From an uncultured delta proteobacterium (lineage in GTDB: Bacteria; Desulfobacterota; Desulfobulbia; Desulfobulbales; Desulfocapsaceae), in the NCBI GenBank assembly GCA_963835305.1, contig CAWIEU010000003.1, positions 41,353 through 105,352 of the forward strand: a stretch of DNA of 64,000 nt, read 5' to 3'. A program made the translations under genes and the position numbers. The notes under the pieces are model-generated. The model saw only the letters and a list, made by a program, of their open reading frames with translations. It was not told the DNA's origin and made no database searches. Positions 1 to 11,889 of the stretch are shown one piece after another (position 1 is the stretch's first letter; each line of letters opens with the position of its first letter).

Positions 1-279
1 ACAACCTTTCCTTCACTATCAACCAAAGCTACTGCAAAGCCACTTTTTGTCCGCCTCTTCATACAATTCTTCGATGTGAATTGCCTGAAGTTCATATTTT
101 TTGCCTTTCTGTCTCGGCAGAGTAAGAAAACAATCATTTGCTTCATCTTTACTTCGAAAGGCCGGGATAAAATTGATGTCTTTATCTGCGTTATATAATC
201 CAAGAAAACTCTCGTCCTTTTCAGGATCACAAACAAAGACATACACCCAGCCACCGATATTTGTTTTCTCTTCTTCCAT
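1..279 (-). CDS. Hypothetical protein with an apparent +1 frameshift near nt 44-48; runs off the window edge
   Basis: ORF 19..321, probable start MEEEKTNIGGWVYV at 279. Removing one A from GACAAAAAG gives ...EADKSGFAVALVDSEGKV, open to the window edge. Confidence 0.55.
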
Positions 280-376
280 AAAAGCCCTCATTTTTTTAAA
301 ATATTCGAGGCTACCATACAATTTACAGGTTAACTTTTTCTGTTATACCTCTCAGATGTGTAACCATGAATTGCAT

Positions 377-415
377 AAAAAAAAAGCCCCATCCCGGGGA
401 GGATGGAGCTTTTCT
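377..415 (-). terminator. Rho-independent terminator of the acs operon
   Basis: Minus strand reads GCTCCATCC-tccccg-GGATGGGGC followed by a run of 9 T, just after the acsE stop. Confidence 0.8.
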
Positions 416-430
416 TCGAAAACTCTAATC

Positions 431-1321
431 TCAGATTTCCAGGTAAGAATCGGAAAAAAGATTTTCGCCGGTGATGACTTTCACAGTTTTTACATAGTCG
501 GCAAGGTTCTTCGGCAAAGAAGCCAGGTCAGGAGCATTGCCGTCCATAGTCTGATGGACGATCTCGACTATCTCAGGACGTTGCCCTTTGGCGACTGCGA
601 TAAGTTCGGCATCGAGCGGATCGGCAATAACTGATTTCATGCCATAGCGTTCCAGCATAATCATGAAAGTATTATTCAGGATCGGACGCAGGTGAACTGG
701 AGGACCGTTGGAGATGTTGGAAAGACCACAGGTTGACATGGCACCCGGTGCGATGTCTTCAAGCATCATCTGGAAATTCAGCAGAGAAACGCACTGTGCC
801 TGCTGAATGTTCACGGGAGTAACAATACCATCGACCCAGATTTTCTCATTGGGTATACCAGCCTCATTGGCGGCATAGAGCAATTCCACACAGAGAGATG
901 CCCGTTCGTTCTCATCTCGCGGCAGACCTTCCGGTCCCCACATCAATGCAACAATATCGGCCTCATACTTGGCTGCCATCGGAAGCATCACAGTGTATCG
1001 CTCGGGTCTTGCCATGATTGAATTAACAATATGCGGCTTGCTTGCCGGTTTGAGCACCTTGAGACCTTCTTCGATCGCGGCTATATTGGATGTGTCGAGA
1101 AGAAGCGGTATATCGGGTACTACTTCCTGAACTACCTGGCAAACCCATGGCATTAACTCGTGCCCATCTTTTTTCGCAGGACCGAGGTTGATGTCAATGT
1201 AGTCCATGCCAAGCTTCTTCTGCTCAAGACACTCTTCCTGAATAGGTTTTGGGTCACGCTCCCTGAATGCCTTTCCAATTACCTTGGAAATGACATTAAG
1301 GCTTTCACCAAAAAGAATCAT
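431..1321 (-). CDS. acsE: Methyltetrahydrofolate:corrinoid Fe-S protein methyltransferase (pterin-binding family)
   Basis: GESLN, DINLG, LLDTSN, VNSI and CGLSNISNG motifs. AAGGAG RBS before ATG 1321. Last gene of the acs operon. Confidence 0.9.
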   Translation of the reverse strand: MILFGESLNVISKVIGKAFRERDPKPIQEECLEQKKLGMDYIDINLGPAKKDGHELMPWVCQVVQEVVPDIPLLLDTSNIAAIEEGLKVLKPASKPHIVNSIMARPERYTVMLPMAAKYEADIVALMWGPEGLPRDENERASLCVELLYAANEAGIPNEKIWVDGIVTPVNIQQAQCVSLLNFQMMLEDIAPGAMSTCGLSNISNGPPVHLRPILNNTFMIMLERYGMKSVIADPLDAELIAVAKGQRPEIVEIVHQTMDGNAPDLASLPKNLADYVKTVKVITGENLFSDSYLEI

Positions 1322-1444
1322 ATTTTTCTCCTTTATCAAATATAGGTGATAAGAAACACCGAAAGTACGGCCAGTAGCTGTACTCTATAAAAATCTTGCC
1401 GGCGTTTCCGCCAGGAAACACCGGCAATATGTCATGGTCTGCGC

Positions 1445-2786
1445 TTATCTGCTTTTCAGGAATCCAGCGAGATGAGCAGCCTCTCTTGGACCTACAACAA
1501 TGTTCCAACCAGGTAACTCTTCTTCAACGTCGCCGGCAATAGCGGCGGCATAGCCCGGGATAATGAGATCGGTGTGCTTCACTTTATCCATAATACCGCA
1601 TTTTTTCACAAACATACCTACATCATCTCCGCCGAATTTGCCGGCGGCCCATGCGGTAAGAACTGAAAGTCCCTCGGAATCCTTAATAAGAAGCCAACAA
1701 GGAACCTTGCTTGCTTCAATCTCACCGGAAACAATGAAATATGTCAGGGCAAAATTTGTGGTAACCAGTACAGGTGAATTTTCATCAGGTGCACCAATTT
1801 CGAAAATACCTTCGGTAACCGTCATCGGCCGCTGCGGATCAGTGTAGATATTCAAACGTTCGAGCAGGAGCGGGAAAATAACCTCGGTAGTCAGGTCGGA
1901 CATAACCACGATGCCGCCATATTTGGCAACGAACATACTGGCGATGAGACCTTCCATTTCAATACTGGAGGCCATTTCGCACGGAAAGCAGATAGTTGGA
2001 AAACCGAGTGAACGGTTGCCGTCTTTTAATGCCGCCCGGCGAATTGCAACTTGATCCTCCAGAGCCTGTTTGACTTCCCTCGAGCCCGGATCGATGACCA
2101 GATCCTTAAGTCCCATACCAATCAGCTTATCGGTCAGCGCAATAACACCATCTATAGAATCGGCTTTAACTGCGAGCGGGAGTTCGTTATCGAGGGCAAT
2201 TTTGCCGAAAACTATCGGCATTTTCTGCTGTCGCGCAATAAATCAAAGGACGTTTGAAACCGGCGGTTGCAACCGCCCCGCTGATCACTTCGGCGTTTTC
2301 ACTCATAAGAATGAGATTGAATTCCGAGGTCTCGGCGATGAGTTTTGCAAGAGAGGCAAAGGCGACTCCATCACCATTTACATCTTTTAAAGCGACAAGT
2401 TCAGGGCGTAGATTCAGTCCTACACGTTCATACTGCAGAGCATTCCAGGACTTGAGTTTGCTCTCAACTTCCGCTTGAGGCGCATCTGAGGTAATAATTC
2501 CAGCAAACATCGTTGGATTGAAAAAGGTTTTTTCATGCCTGTAAAGAACGGTTTCACCACCCGTCTTGCCCGCACGCACACCTTTTCCAATAGCTATCGG
2601 ACGAATTGGAGGAGCAGAGGCTTCGGCAAGTTGCGCCCTGGCCTCATCAGACACGTACGGACACGCATCAAGTTCGGCTTTGCTCGAAGCGAGGTTCATA
2701 GCAAAAGCCAGGCAAGTTGGAACCCCACACTCCTTGCAGTTTGTTTTAGGCAGGAGTTTAAAGATTTGTATTCCTGTTAAAGCCAT
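1445..2786 (-). CDS. acsC: Corrinoid Fe-S protein large (gamma) subunit, split by an apparent +1 frameshift near 2208-2211
   Basis: N-terminal LPKTNCKECGVPTCLAFA...CP Fe-S motif in ORF 2187..2786. C-terminal YTDPQRP, TTNFALTY and LSVLTAWAAGKF in ORF 1445..2221. Removing one T joins them. Confidence 0.9.
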
Positions 2787-2880
2787 TTGTGTTGTCTCCT
2801 TATGTATATTTCATAGCCGGGTCAGACGTGACTTCACTGAATCGCTTCATCAATGAAGTCACACCCTCGAGCTCGACAAA

Positions 2881-5095
2881 TTATCCGATAATCGGCGGCA
2901 TGCTCAGGGCAGGATGGCCTTTCTCCTGGAGCCAGGGCAGAATCTCGTCTTCAGTGACGCCAACGGTTTCATCAGCGATCATATCAGCGAAATTCTCTAC
3001 TCCCATTTCCGCGCCTCTGGTATTCAACCTGTCCCGAATTTCATCTTTAACGACCTTCGGCATCCAGACCATGCGGAGTAAACCACCATCGCCAAGGATG
3101 AATTTTTTCTGGGTAATGTTGAATTTAGAGTGGCCGACAAACCCCGGCGAGGAAGCGCCACCACCCATGACACCGGCAAGGGTGGTAAACTTCATGCCGG
3201 ACGGAGTCTCACCGGTATAATCGCGACCAACGGTCATGATACCGTTGCAGCCAGGCAGCATGGCGGCAATACACTCACAACAACCGCAAGTGGTCATCGG
3301 TGCATAGACCATGGAGTAGAAGTTGTAGGTATCGACCGCGCCCTTGGAGGCACTTTTGATGAATTCGTCAACGCCTTCGAACCGGCCAAGAACCGGATCA
3401 AGCACCTTTCCTTTCTGAATCGGCTGGTTAGGTCCTGTCGGATTGATCTCGTAAGATGCTTTACAGTCCATCCAGTTGTAGGCGCCACACAGTCCGGTTC
3501 TCTCTGGACTTACAGTACATACATGACTTGGAGCAAATGACTGACAGAGGCTGCAGGAGTAAAAAGTTTCAACATCCTCATCGGTCATCTTATCGACACG
3601 CTCATCACGAATCTTGTATTCGGCCCTGGCTTTGGCGGTCAACTTATCAACATCCGCTTTCTTGGTATAAAGAGTGACTTGAACCTTATCGACTATTTTC
3701 TGAAAATCCTGATGAAATTTAGCATGTAGAACCACACCAATATCTTTCAGGGTGAAACCTTTTTCCACTGCGGCTTTACTGATACGCACCCAGGAAATAT
3801 CACGTTGTCCGATATGCATTATCCCCTGGATATAGTTAATCAGATGATGAATCTGACGCTCCATGATCGGCTCGAAATCGGTCTGGAATTCGCGGCCGGC
3901 GATCTGCACAAAAATACCAAGAGGCAGAACGTCTCCCTCTTTCATATCGCCCACATCCGGACCAACGACAGTTACTTTGCCGTCTTCAATCTCCGACATT
4001 TCGGCCATATTCACCAGTTCAGTACACTGAGTTTTACCACCACCCATCTGGCCGAAGAGATCGCCGCCCCGTACGCGCTCACCCTCAAAGGCAGGTCCAA
4101 AAGCCAAGAGGAATATCAATTTCGGTTACATTGATTTTCAATCCGCGAACTTCAACGGACTTCTGGCAGATTTCATTATGCGGCACATTGGCGACAACAT
4201 GCTCATAGGTGCAGATACCTGTCGGCAGGATCTCCGGAATATCCGTGTCGGCAAGTGTCGGGAAACCCCAGTTTACGGCGCCGGCAGCAGCAACCGCCCA
4301 TTCTGTTCCAACATCGCCCAGAGCATTGACGAAGGCGAAGATGCGGTTCTTGTTATACATCAGCATCTTGCGATAATCACCGGGTTGAATGCCACCAAAG
4401 GCCATTGCTGCCCTGTTGGCAAAACCAAGAGCGAAAACCGCGCAGGAAATATCCGGGCCAAAAGGAACGATACGGGTATTCCAGCCAACCTGCATGCCGG
4501 CTTCTAAACATTGCTGGATGACCGTCTTGCCATTGTGGTTGGCTGCACAGAAAATATAGAGACTCTTCTTCTGATAGTCTTCAACAATCATCTTGGCGAT
4601 CTCGGCATTGGGAGCGGCACCTACAATTGCCGCAAAACCAGGTGCGGAACCATCGACAAACTCAACACCACGCTTTCTGAGTATGGTATCGTCAGCGGGT
4701 CCCACCCAAATTTTCCCGGCCTCGATGTCAGGATCTTCCTGGGAGATATAGAAATCCGGTTCCCTCAGGATACGCAGAGCCTCTTTTATTTCATAAGCGA
4801 AGATACCTGCCATACCGGCATCGAGAAGCGGTCCCAAATACGGCAAATGGTTGCTTCCTTTAATGTGGGGCGGCAAAAGGCCACGGGCAAATGCCATGGG
4901 CTTTTTCAAATCTTCAAGGGTTTCGCATTTCATTCCGGTAAGAGAATAGATAACCGGAAGATAATATGCGGTATTGGGAAATCCAATTTTCGTACTGGCG
5001 TCATAAGTCTGAAGGGCTTTTTCAAGCTCGCCTTCCACCTGGGACACAACTTTATAACCACCTTGTATAGCTGCAAATGCTACTAATCTAGACAT
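2881..5095 (-). CDS. acsB: Acetyl-CoA synthase subunit, split by an apparent +1 frameshift near 4106
   Basis: FPNTAYYLP in ORF 4085..5095. FGPAFEGER, CSLCQSFAPSHVC, GLCGA and PMTTCGCCEC A-cluster motifs in ORF 2881..4119. Confidence 0.92.
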
Positions 5096-5139
5096 GCTTT
5101 ACTCCTTTTATTAGATATAACGTAATTGTCCCTATTATA

Positions 5140-7159
5140 TTATTCCATTCCAAGGGCCTGTCTGTCAGCCATATCCATAAGAACCCTGTCGCGAGCCTTA
5201 TCTATGCCAAGTTCTTTACGCTTCTTGTCAATATGGGCGATCATTTTATGGGCATGTTTGATCGGATCCGGTTCACAATCCCATTTACCGCCATACATAT
5301 TTTCCATCTCTTTATAGAGATAATCCTTGAAGACCGGAGCACCTTCAATCGGCATATGATAGCCAAAGACGGTGTAGACACCAGAGGCAACAAAGTATTG
5401 ACCGATGGAGATAGCTTTCTCACTCATCCACTCAGGTGCACTGCCTGCTGCCGGCAGGTCACAGATATCCTTGCCAAGTCCACCAGCTTTAACAACTTCG
5501 GTCGCGGCCAGCAGAATCCGGCTGTTATCAACACAGGATCCAAGATGAAGCACAGGTGGGATACCGACGGTTTCACAAACCTCACGGAGACCAGGACCAC
5601 AATGTACAGCAGCCGATTCCGGAGTACAAAGACCATGCATACCGGCAGCGATAGCACTACAGCCGGTGGTTAAGACAATTACATCATTTTTGATCAGCTC
5701 TTTGATGAAGAGTGATATGTTCATCATTATGCTTGGTACGAGCGTTATTACAACCGACAACGCCTGCAATACCGCGAATACGACCATTGATGATATTGTC
5801 GTTTAAGGTGAAATAGTCACCACGGAAACTTCCACCGAGATGATATTTAATTGATTCCACACTAAAGCCGGCGATCTGGCTTGATTTGTGGCGAGGAATC
5901 ATAACTTCAGAACCACGATTGGCAAAGTTATCAATGGCAATTTTAACGATACGGATAGCATCTTCCATTGCATGATGTTCGTCAAATTCAATATGAAGCA
6001 CATTATGCTGCTCCATTTTGGCGATCGGATGAGTGGTGATCAGTTTGGTATGAAAGCATTTGGCAACATTGGCGAGGTTTTGAAAGATACATTGGACATC
6101 AACAACCATTGCATCACAGGCACCAGTAATGATTGCCAGTTCCTGTTGGAGGAAGGTTCCTGCCGGTGGTACGCCATGACGTTGCAGTACTTCATTTGCG
6201 GTACAGCAAATACCAGCCAACTGTATTCCTTTTGCACCCTTTGTCTTTGGAATAGTCGATCAATTCCTGTGATTGTGCAGCAGCAACGATCATTTCGGAC
6301 AAGAGAGGCTCATGACCATGGACAATGATATTTACATGGTCTTCTTTCATAACGCCAAGATCAGCTTCTGCCTGTAGAGGAGAAGGAGTACCAAACATAA
6401 CGTCCTGCAGGTCGGTTCCGATCATGGATCCACCCCAGCCGTCTGCAAGAGATGCACGGGTACCCTGCTTCATAAGATTTTTGTAATCCTGATCAACACC
6501 CATATGGGTCCGATGCATAATTTCAACAATCTCACGATCTACATTACGGGGCAATAACACCTTGTTCTTCCCACTTATCCTGAAGAGGTTGTGGTGCTCT
6601 TTTGATCATATGGAGGTGACCTGTCGGCTTGCCCCATTCCGCCACAGCTACTTCACCAACGGCAATGGCCATTTCCCTAATGTCTCGATCCTTGACCACA
6701 CCATCTACTTCTACTGTTGTGGCTACACCGTAATACGGAGCAATCTGAAAGAGTTTGATCGGATCCTTAATTTTATAATCTTCGACATTTCCTTTTGCTG
6801 CCGAGGAAAGTGATAGCGACATTACGTCCATGATCGGAGTGAGCTGCGGCCCCACCTGCGATCATACGAATAAAGTTTCTGGCACAGATGGTGTTCGCCG
6901 TAGCGCCGCAAAGTCCCTTACGGGTATCTTCACCAACAATACCATCTTTAGGTAAGGGCAGCCGGCAGGGTCCCATCGCACAGTTTTTACAGCATATTCC
7001 TTGCATACCGATAGCACAAGGCTTCATAGTTACAGCACGATCAAAGACAGTTTCAACACCAAGTTGTTGGGCTCTGCGGATCATTTCCTGGGTTGATGCG
7101 TCGATCGAAGCTGTACTCGCATCGGCTAGTTTAACGATTTTATCTTTTAATTCTGCCAT
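5140..7159 (-). CDS. cooS: Anaerobic Ni-Fe carbon monoxide dehydrogenase catalytic subunit, in five fragments separated by four apparent +1 frameshifts
   Basis: PCAIGMQGICCKNCAMGPC, AAHSDHGR, HGHEP, GICCTANE, GVVGCNN, TTGCSA, LGSCVDNSR and APEWMSEKA lie in consecutive ORFs. Junctions near 6802, 6552, 6240 and 5708. GAGGAA RBS before ATG 7159. Confidence 0.92.
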
Positions 7160-7247
7160 ATCAGTGTTCCTCTTCATAGAGTTTTTGAGATTTTTCAATT
7201 ATCTCTAGAACTTTACATCACATTTTTATTCTAATTGATATCCTAAC

Positions 7248-8807
7248 CTATTTTCTCTTGTGGAATCTATCCAGCATATCAAGAATTTTTTCCTGGGCTG
7301 TTTTCTGTTCCGCAGCAGCGGTCATAGCCACCTCGGCAACCGGTTGGCTTGCGGCAGCTTCTTCATGCGGCTTTTCTGGCCTGAGCCCTAAGCCTTTTCA
7401 AAGCTTTTTCTTCTTCTTCTCTTTGTTTTGCTTCAGCAATTACAGCATCAGCGGCTTGGCTTTGGCTTTGGCTTCTTCATCAGCTTTGGCCTTGGCTGCT
7501 GCATCTGCTTTGGCTTTGGCCTCAGCAGCGGCTTTGGCTTTAGCGTCTGCTTCAGCCTTAGCGGCTGCCTTGGCTGCTGCTTCGGCATCGGCTTTTGCCT
7601 TGGCTGCAGGGTCTTCAGCAGGAGCGGGTTTGGCCTCGGCTTTTGGTTCTTCTTTTACCGGGGCGGTTGGTGCCGCCGGTTTTGCCGCAGGTGCAGCCGG
7701 GGCTGCCTTAGCTGCCGGAGCCGCAGGAGCTGCTTTTTTAGCGGGAGCCGCTTTCTTTTCTTCCTCAGCGATGGTCAGGTCGGCTGCAGGAGCAAGTGCT
7801 GCAAAGTCTATTTTTGCTTCTTCCAGAATCTTGGCAATATCTGCGGAATCGGTCAGAGAACCGCCGTTCAATAAGGCATTAATGAATTGTTTTGTCAGTC
7901 TGATAGCTTCGGGATGACGCATAATGAGGATATTGGAACCACTGAGCAGGTAAGAAACGGCTCCGATGGCCTCCATCATGATACCGCGTCTTTCCGGATC
8001 ACCCAACAGTGGTGCTTCATCTGCGCTCTGTTTGGCCTCTTTACATTTCCAGACCTCATTACCCAGGTTATTGACCATTGGGAATTGGAGTTTCTCATCA
8101 CCCTGAACCATTGCAGCCATGGTTAGTCTTTCCATAACCGAATAGGTGTACTCCAGACCGTAACCGAGACCACCTGTGGTCGGATCGACCAACACCCTTT
8201 CCATCGGCATGCCGAGATTTTCTAAAAGAATATTGACCTGCTTTGCCAGGTTGACATCAATTGGTGAGGAAGAGATAACCGCATGACCATAACCCATAGC
8301 AGCAGCACCGATCCCTTTATAGTTCTTTTCTTCGACAGGTCCCAGAACCAGGTTATGTCCCTGACACTGCTCGGCAACGACCTTGAGAACAGCCTCATCT
8401 TTGCTTGGATTGGCACATCCCCAGACGATCAGGGGGACGTTGATTGCCGCCAGAACTTTTTTAACTGTCTCCGCAGCAGATTCAGCACTGGCATCTTTAT
8501 CATTGGGATCGATACTTTTCAGCTGAATAACAATGGCATCAGCTTTAAAGACCTCTACACATTTTTTGGCCCAGGCAGCAGGGTCGGAGACGACATCCTT
8601 AAAATGCTCCAAAACCGGCGCCGGCCAGTCTTCGGGCTCGATATCCCAGATCTCCATTGCAATGATGGGTTTGTTAGGCATATCACCTTCAAATGTGTAG
8701 AAGGGATAACAGGTTTCCCCGCCGACAGTTATAGCTGCATCACCTTTACCGATGGAAATTGCTTTGATGCCGCCGCTATAGGATTCCTTCTTTAGTTTAA
8801 ATCCCAC
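7248..8807 (-). CDS. acsD: Corrinoid Fe-S protein small (delta) subunit with a long Ala/Lys/Pro-rich C-terminal extension; compensating -1/+1 indels near 7455 and 7370-7400
   Basis: VGGETCYPFY, SSPIDVNLAKQ, LGYGLEYTYSVMER and LIMRHP motifs. GTG at 8807 follows AAGGAGG. The reconstructed tail ends ...KILDMLDRFHKRK with TAG at 7248-7250. Confidence 0.88.
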
Positions 8808-9002
8808 TTTTGCCTCCTTACTGGTGAGTAATTTTTCTCCTGAAGGTTGTGTTCGACTGCAACAGCAACCCTCCCATTGAACACTAGCCAAACAACAAGA
8901 GGTACAAAATGTTTACTTATAAACCAACAAACTATTCCTGCCACGCAGAGTTCAGCCTGGCTTCGATTCGGATCGCATATGAATATTTTCACCTTGGGAA
9001 AA

Positions 9003-10943
9003 CTATTTCCCCCTTGCCTGCATACGCGCTTTTAAACGAGGAAATTTTTCAATTTCCGTATGCGGCAAAAACATCGCCGCGATATAATGATCCATATATG
9101 AAGGTGTTTCAGAAAGTTCGAAATTAGTCATTTTCTGAGTAACCGATACTACATCCTGACGAATCCGGTTGGTAAGCGAACTCATACGTGCCCCCATGAG
9201 CGAACCGTTACCTATAAAAGTAACACGCTCGGGGTCTACCTCGGGCAGGAGTCCAAGCACCATCGCCTTCTCCAAATCGATATAACTGCCGAAACCGCCG
9301 GCTAAAATAATGCGCTCCACCGCGTCCATAGACAATCCCACTTCTTCGAGTAGTGTCATGCACCCGCTGTAAATTGCGCCTTTGGCACGAATAAGATTGT
9401 CCAGATCCGGTTCGGTCAGAACGATATCACGTTCTATCTGGGTTTCATCCTTCCAGGCTATGACATATTCCCAGACATGGTTATTTTTTCTAATTCGGGG
9501 CGTACCTAGATCACGGTTGAACTTTCCCCGGTTATTTATCAGCCCCAACTCGAACATGACCGCAGCCATGGTAATGAGTCCCGAGCCGCAAATACCTTTT
9601 GGCCTCACATCCCCGATTGTGAGAATCATAGGCTCAAAGGTGACCGGATCCATGGAAAAATCTTCAATGGCCCCTTTGGCGGCGCGCATGCCGAACTCGA
9701 TGCCGCCTCCTTCAAAAGCCGGGCCTGCGGAGCAGGCCGTACAGGCAAGCCAGTCTTTGTTGCCTATTACCAATTCAGCGTTTGTTCCGATATCAAGAAA
9801 AAGCGTCAGGTCATCCTTGCGGTACATTCCCGATCCCATCACTCCGGCGACGATATCTCCGCCGACAAAACTCGAGACCTGTGGGAAAATTAGGGCTATA
9901 GCATGCTCATTAATGTTTATGCCCAAAGTTGCAGCGGAAAACGGCGGATAGAGACTGGCGGTCGGAACATAGGGTGATCTGCGGATATTTCGGGGATCGA
10001 TCCGGAGAAACAGCTGGGTCATCGTGGTGTTGCCGGAGAAGGTAATGGTAGAGATGTCCTCCCTGTCGATTTTCGACTTGCGGATTATCTTCTCGAGCAC
10101 ATTGTTTATCGTGTCGGCTACAACCTGCTGAAGCTTCTCAAGCCCGCCCGGTTTCTCAGCATACATAATACGGGTGATAACATCTTCTCCGTAACTTATC
10201 TGGCCATTGAAGTCACCCGCTTCCGCGAGACACTCACCGGTCGATAAATGAATGAGCTGGGCATAGATGGTAGTGGTTCCGATATCGAGGGCTACGGCGT
10301 AATTTTCGCCGGTTTTGTCACCGGCCTCGACATTAGTAATGATATTTTTGCCGTCACTTCTTACAGGTCGAATTATCGTCACAGTCAGTTGAAAATCACT
10401 TTCCCGCATTATTCCAGGAAGTTTTCGAATAACCGGCAGAGTCATCTCCAGCTTATGTTCCCCTTTTTCCTGCTTGAGATGTTCTATCAGCCTGGTGACA
10501 TCAGGCATATTGTTTTGAGAACTAGGTGGAGTAAGCGTAAGAAATATTTTGTCCACCGGGGGAACAAAGAGCCCTTCTTCCTTCAGACTCTCAAAGTCCA
10601 TTTGCTGAATGGAGGCGGTCCTGCGGGGGGTCGCCTGCAGGTTCATCACACTTTTATCTATGGATGATTCAATCGGAATGCGGACGGTGACATCTTCAGT
10701 CACTTTTCCCAGACAGGCCAGGCGGTAACCTTTGTCGACGTCCTCTTTACTTATTCGCTCTGTTATTCCTCCGGAAACGCTTCCTTTTTCAATAAGAACC
10801 CGACATTTCCCACAAACACCTTCACCGCCGCAGGAAGCATTGATATGTACACCTGCCTGAAGAGCGGCACGTATCAGATTCTCCCCGGAAGAAACAGTAA
10901 TGGCTTTATCGTAGGGAAGAAATGTGATGGTGCATTCACTCAT
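9003..10943 (-). CDS. ASKHA-fold reductive activator of corrinoid proteins (RACo/AcsV type) with N-terminal 2Fe-2S ferredoxin domain
   Basis: CGGEGVCGKC...LAC, DIGTTT, YGEDVITR, DIGTNAE, AGPAFEG, GICGSG and AGGFG motifs; directly upstream of acsD. Confidence 0.9.
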   Translation of the reverse strand: MSECTITFLPYDKAITVSSGENLIRAALQAGVHINASCGGEGVCGKCRVLIEKGSVSGGITERISKEDVDKGYRLACLGKVTEDVTVRIPIESSIDKSVMNLQATPRRTASIQQMDFESLKEEGLFVPPVDKIFLTLTPPSSQNNMPDVTRLIEHLKQEKGEHKLEMTLPVIRKLPGIMRESDFQLTVTIIRPVRSDGKNIITNVEAGDKTGENYAVALDIGTTTIYAQLIHLSTGECLAEAGDFNGQISYGEDVITRIMYAEKPGGLEKLQQVVADTINNVLEKIIRKSKIDREDISTITFSGNTTMTQLFLRIDPRNIRRSPYVPTASLYPPFSAATLGININEHAIALIFPQVSSFVGGDIVAGVMGSGMYRKDDLTLFLDIGTNAELVIGNKDWLACTACSAGPAFEGGGIEFGMRAAKGAIEDFSMDPVTFEPMILTIGDVRPKGICGSGLITMAAVMFELGLINNRGKFNRDLGTPRIRKNNHVWEYVIAWKDETQIERDIVLTEPDLDNLIRAKGAIYSGCMTLLEEVGLSMDAVERIILAGGFGSYIDLEKAMVLGLLPEVDPERVTFIGNGSLMGARMSSLTNRIRQDVVSVTQKMTNFELSETPSYMDHYIAAMFLPHTEIEKFPRLKARMQARGK

Positions 10944-11092
10944 GGGCCACCTTGTACGTCATGGAAGTAGACGGATTTAATCATCTTTTTTGCTCACTGC
11001 ACAATAATATTCGTCAGCCATGGGATTTACCACGACCACAAATGAATATTACCAGCCTTACAGCACGGCAATGTGGAAAGATACACTCCTGA

Positions 11093-11169
11093 CCCCCGCA
11101 AAACACGGGGATAAGCACCTTCAGGAAATACATTTTAAAATAACAAGAAATGAATTTCCGAGGTACTAA
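11093..11169 (-). repeat. 77-bp double-hairpin repeat unit (TTAGTACC...AAGGTRCTTA-TCCCCG...CGGGGG)
   Basis: Reverse complement matches the units at 46951-47027, 47028-47084 and 45708-45790. Confidence 0.75.
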
Positions 11170-11754
11170 ACTACCCTCGAACAAGCTCTTATACAGCGCA
11201 CAAATATATCATATATTTTCACACTTACAACTTGTAATTGGGAATTTTTCTCTTGGAACTCCATTAATTCTCCGACCAAGCAACATTCTTTTTTCCTTTA
11301 ATTTCACATCACTAATTCTGATACCACAAATCCTTCCTCCCATCTCCTTAATATCAGAGGAGATGTTTAGAGGAATGGTGGGACAGTTTGCCAACATTCT
11401 CTTCCATCGGAACTAAAAGTCATGGATTTTGACCTGATCCACTATCTCTTTTTAATTTTTTTTCTGATTCTTTTCTTTTTCAAGAAAATGGATCAGGCAG
11501 GCGGAACGAAATTTACAATAGATCTTAGGATCTGAACACTGGAGACACGAAAGACAGAGATATTGCTTATACTTCGCACAAAAATATGAAGACTCCACCA
11601 GAGGATGATTTTTACATTTTCCCATTTTTTTCTCTCATAAAAAACACTGTAATTGCAGGGTAACGGCCGCCCTGCCGGCAATTGAGCCTCTCCGGGAGGC
11701 GCAGACGGCTAGCGACAATAATCTTCAATATTTTCCTCTCTGCATCACAACGTC

Positions 11755-11769
11755 ATTGGTACTACCATT
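11755..11769. promoter_or_regulatory. Distal FadR-subfamily GntR (LldR/PdhR-like) operator
   Basis: ATTGGTactACCATT, with the same arms as the proximal site at 11888. Confidence 0.6.
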
Positions 11770-11860
11770 TTTTCCGAGCCTGGACCACCATAAAACTATC
11801 ACTGCTATCTCCTCTTATTTCAGACATAATTTTGGATATCTGACCGACATCTATTTTCTC

Positions 11861-11889
11861 TTGACAAGCGGATTGGTATTTTTTACTAT
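11861..11889 (+). promoter_or_regulatory. Sigma70 promoter of the glcD/glcF-like operon
   Basis: TTGACA (11861-11866), 17-nt spacer, TACTAT (11884-11889). Confidence 0.75.

Noticed and set aside
2190-6810. Programmed ribosomal frameshifting or phase variation in acs genes
   Set aside because: No shared slippery heptamer or long repeat tract at the junctions; four shifts in one gene would leave almost no product.
7258-7917. Plus-strand Ala/Ser- and Gly/Phe/Cys-rich ORFs (7258..7917 and 7428..7874)
   Set aside because: Antisense reading of the low-complexity acsD tail.
11040-11170. Possible cobalamin riboswitch upstream of the corrinoid activator gene
   Set aside because: AGGTGC and CTGTAA fragments are present, but the AGGGAA core and B12 box are not; the segment is explained by the 77-bp repeat family. 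An Rfam scan would settle it.
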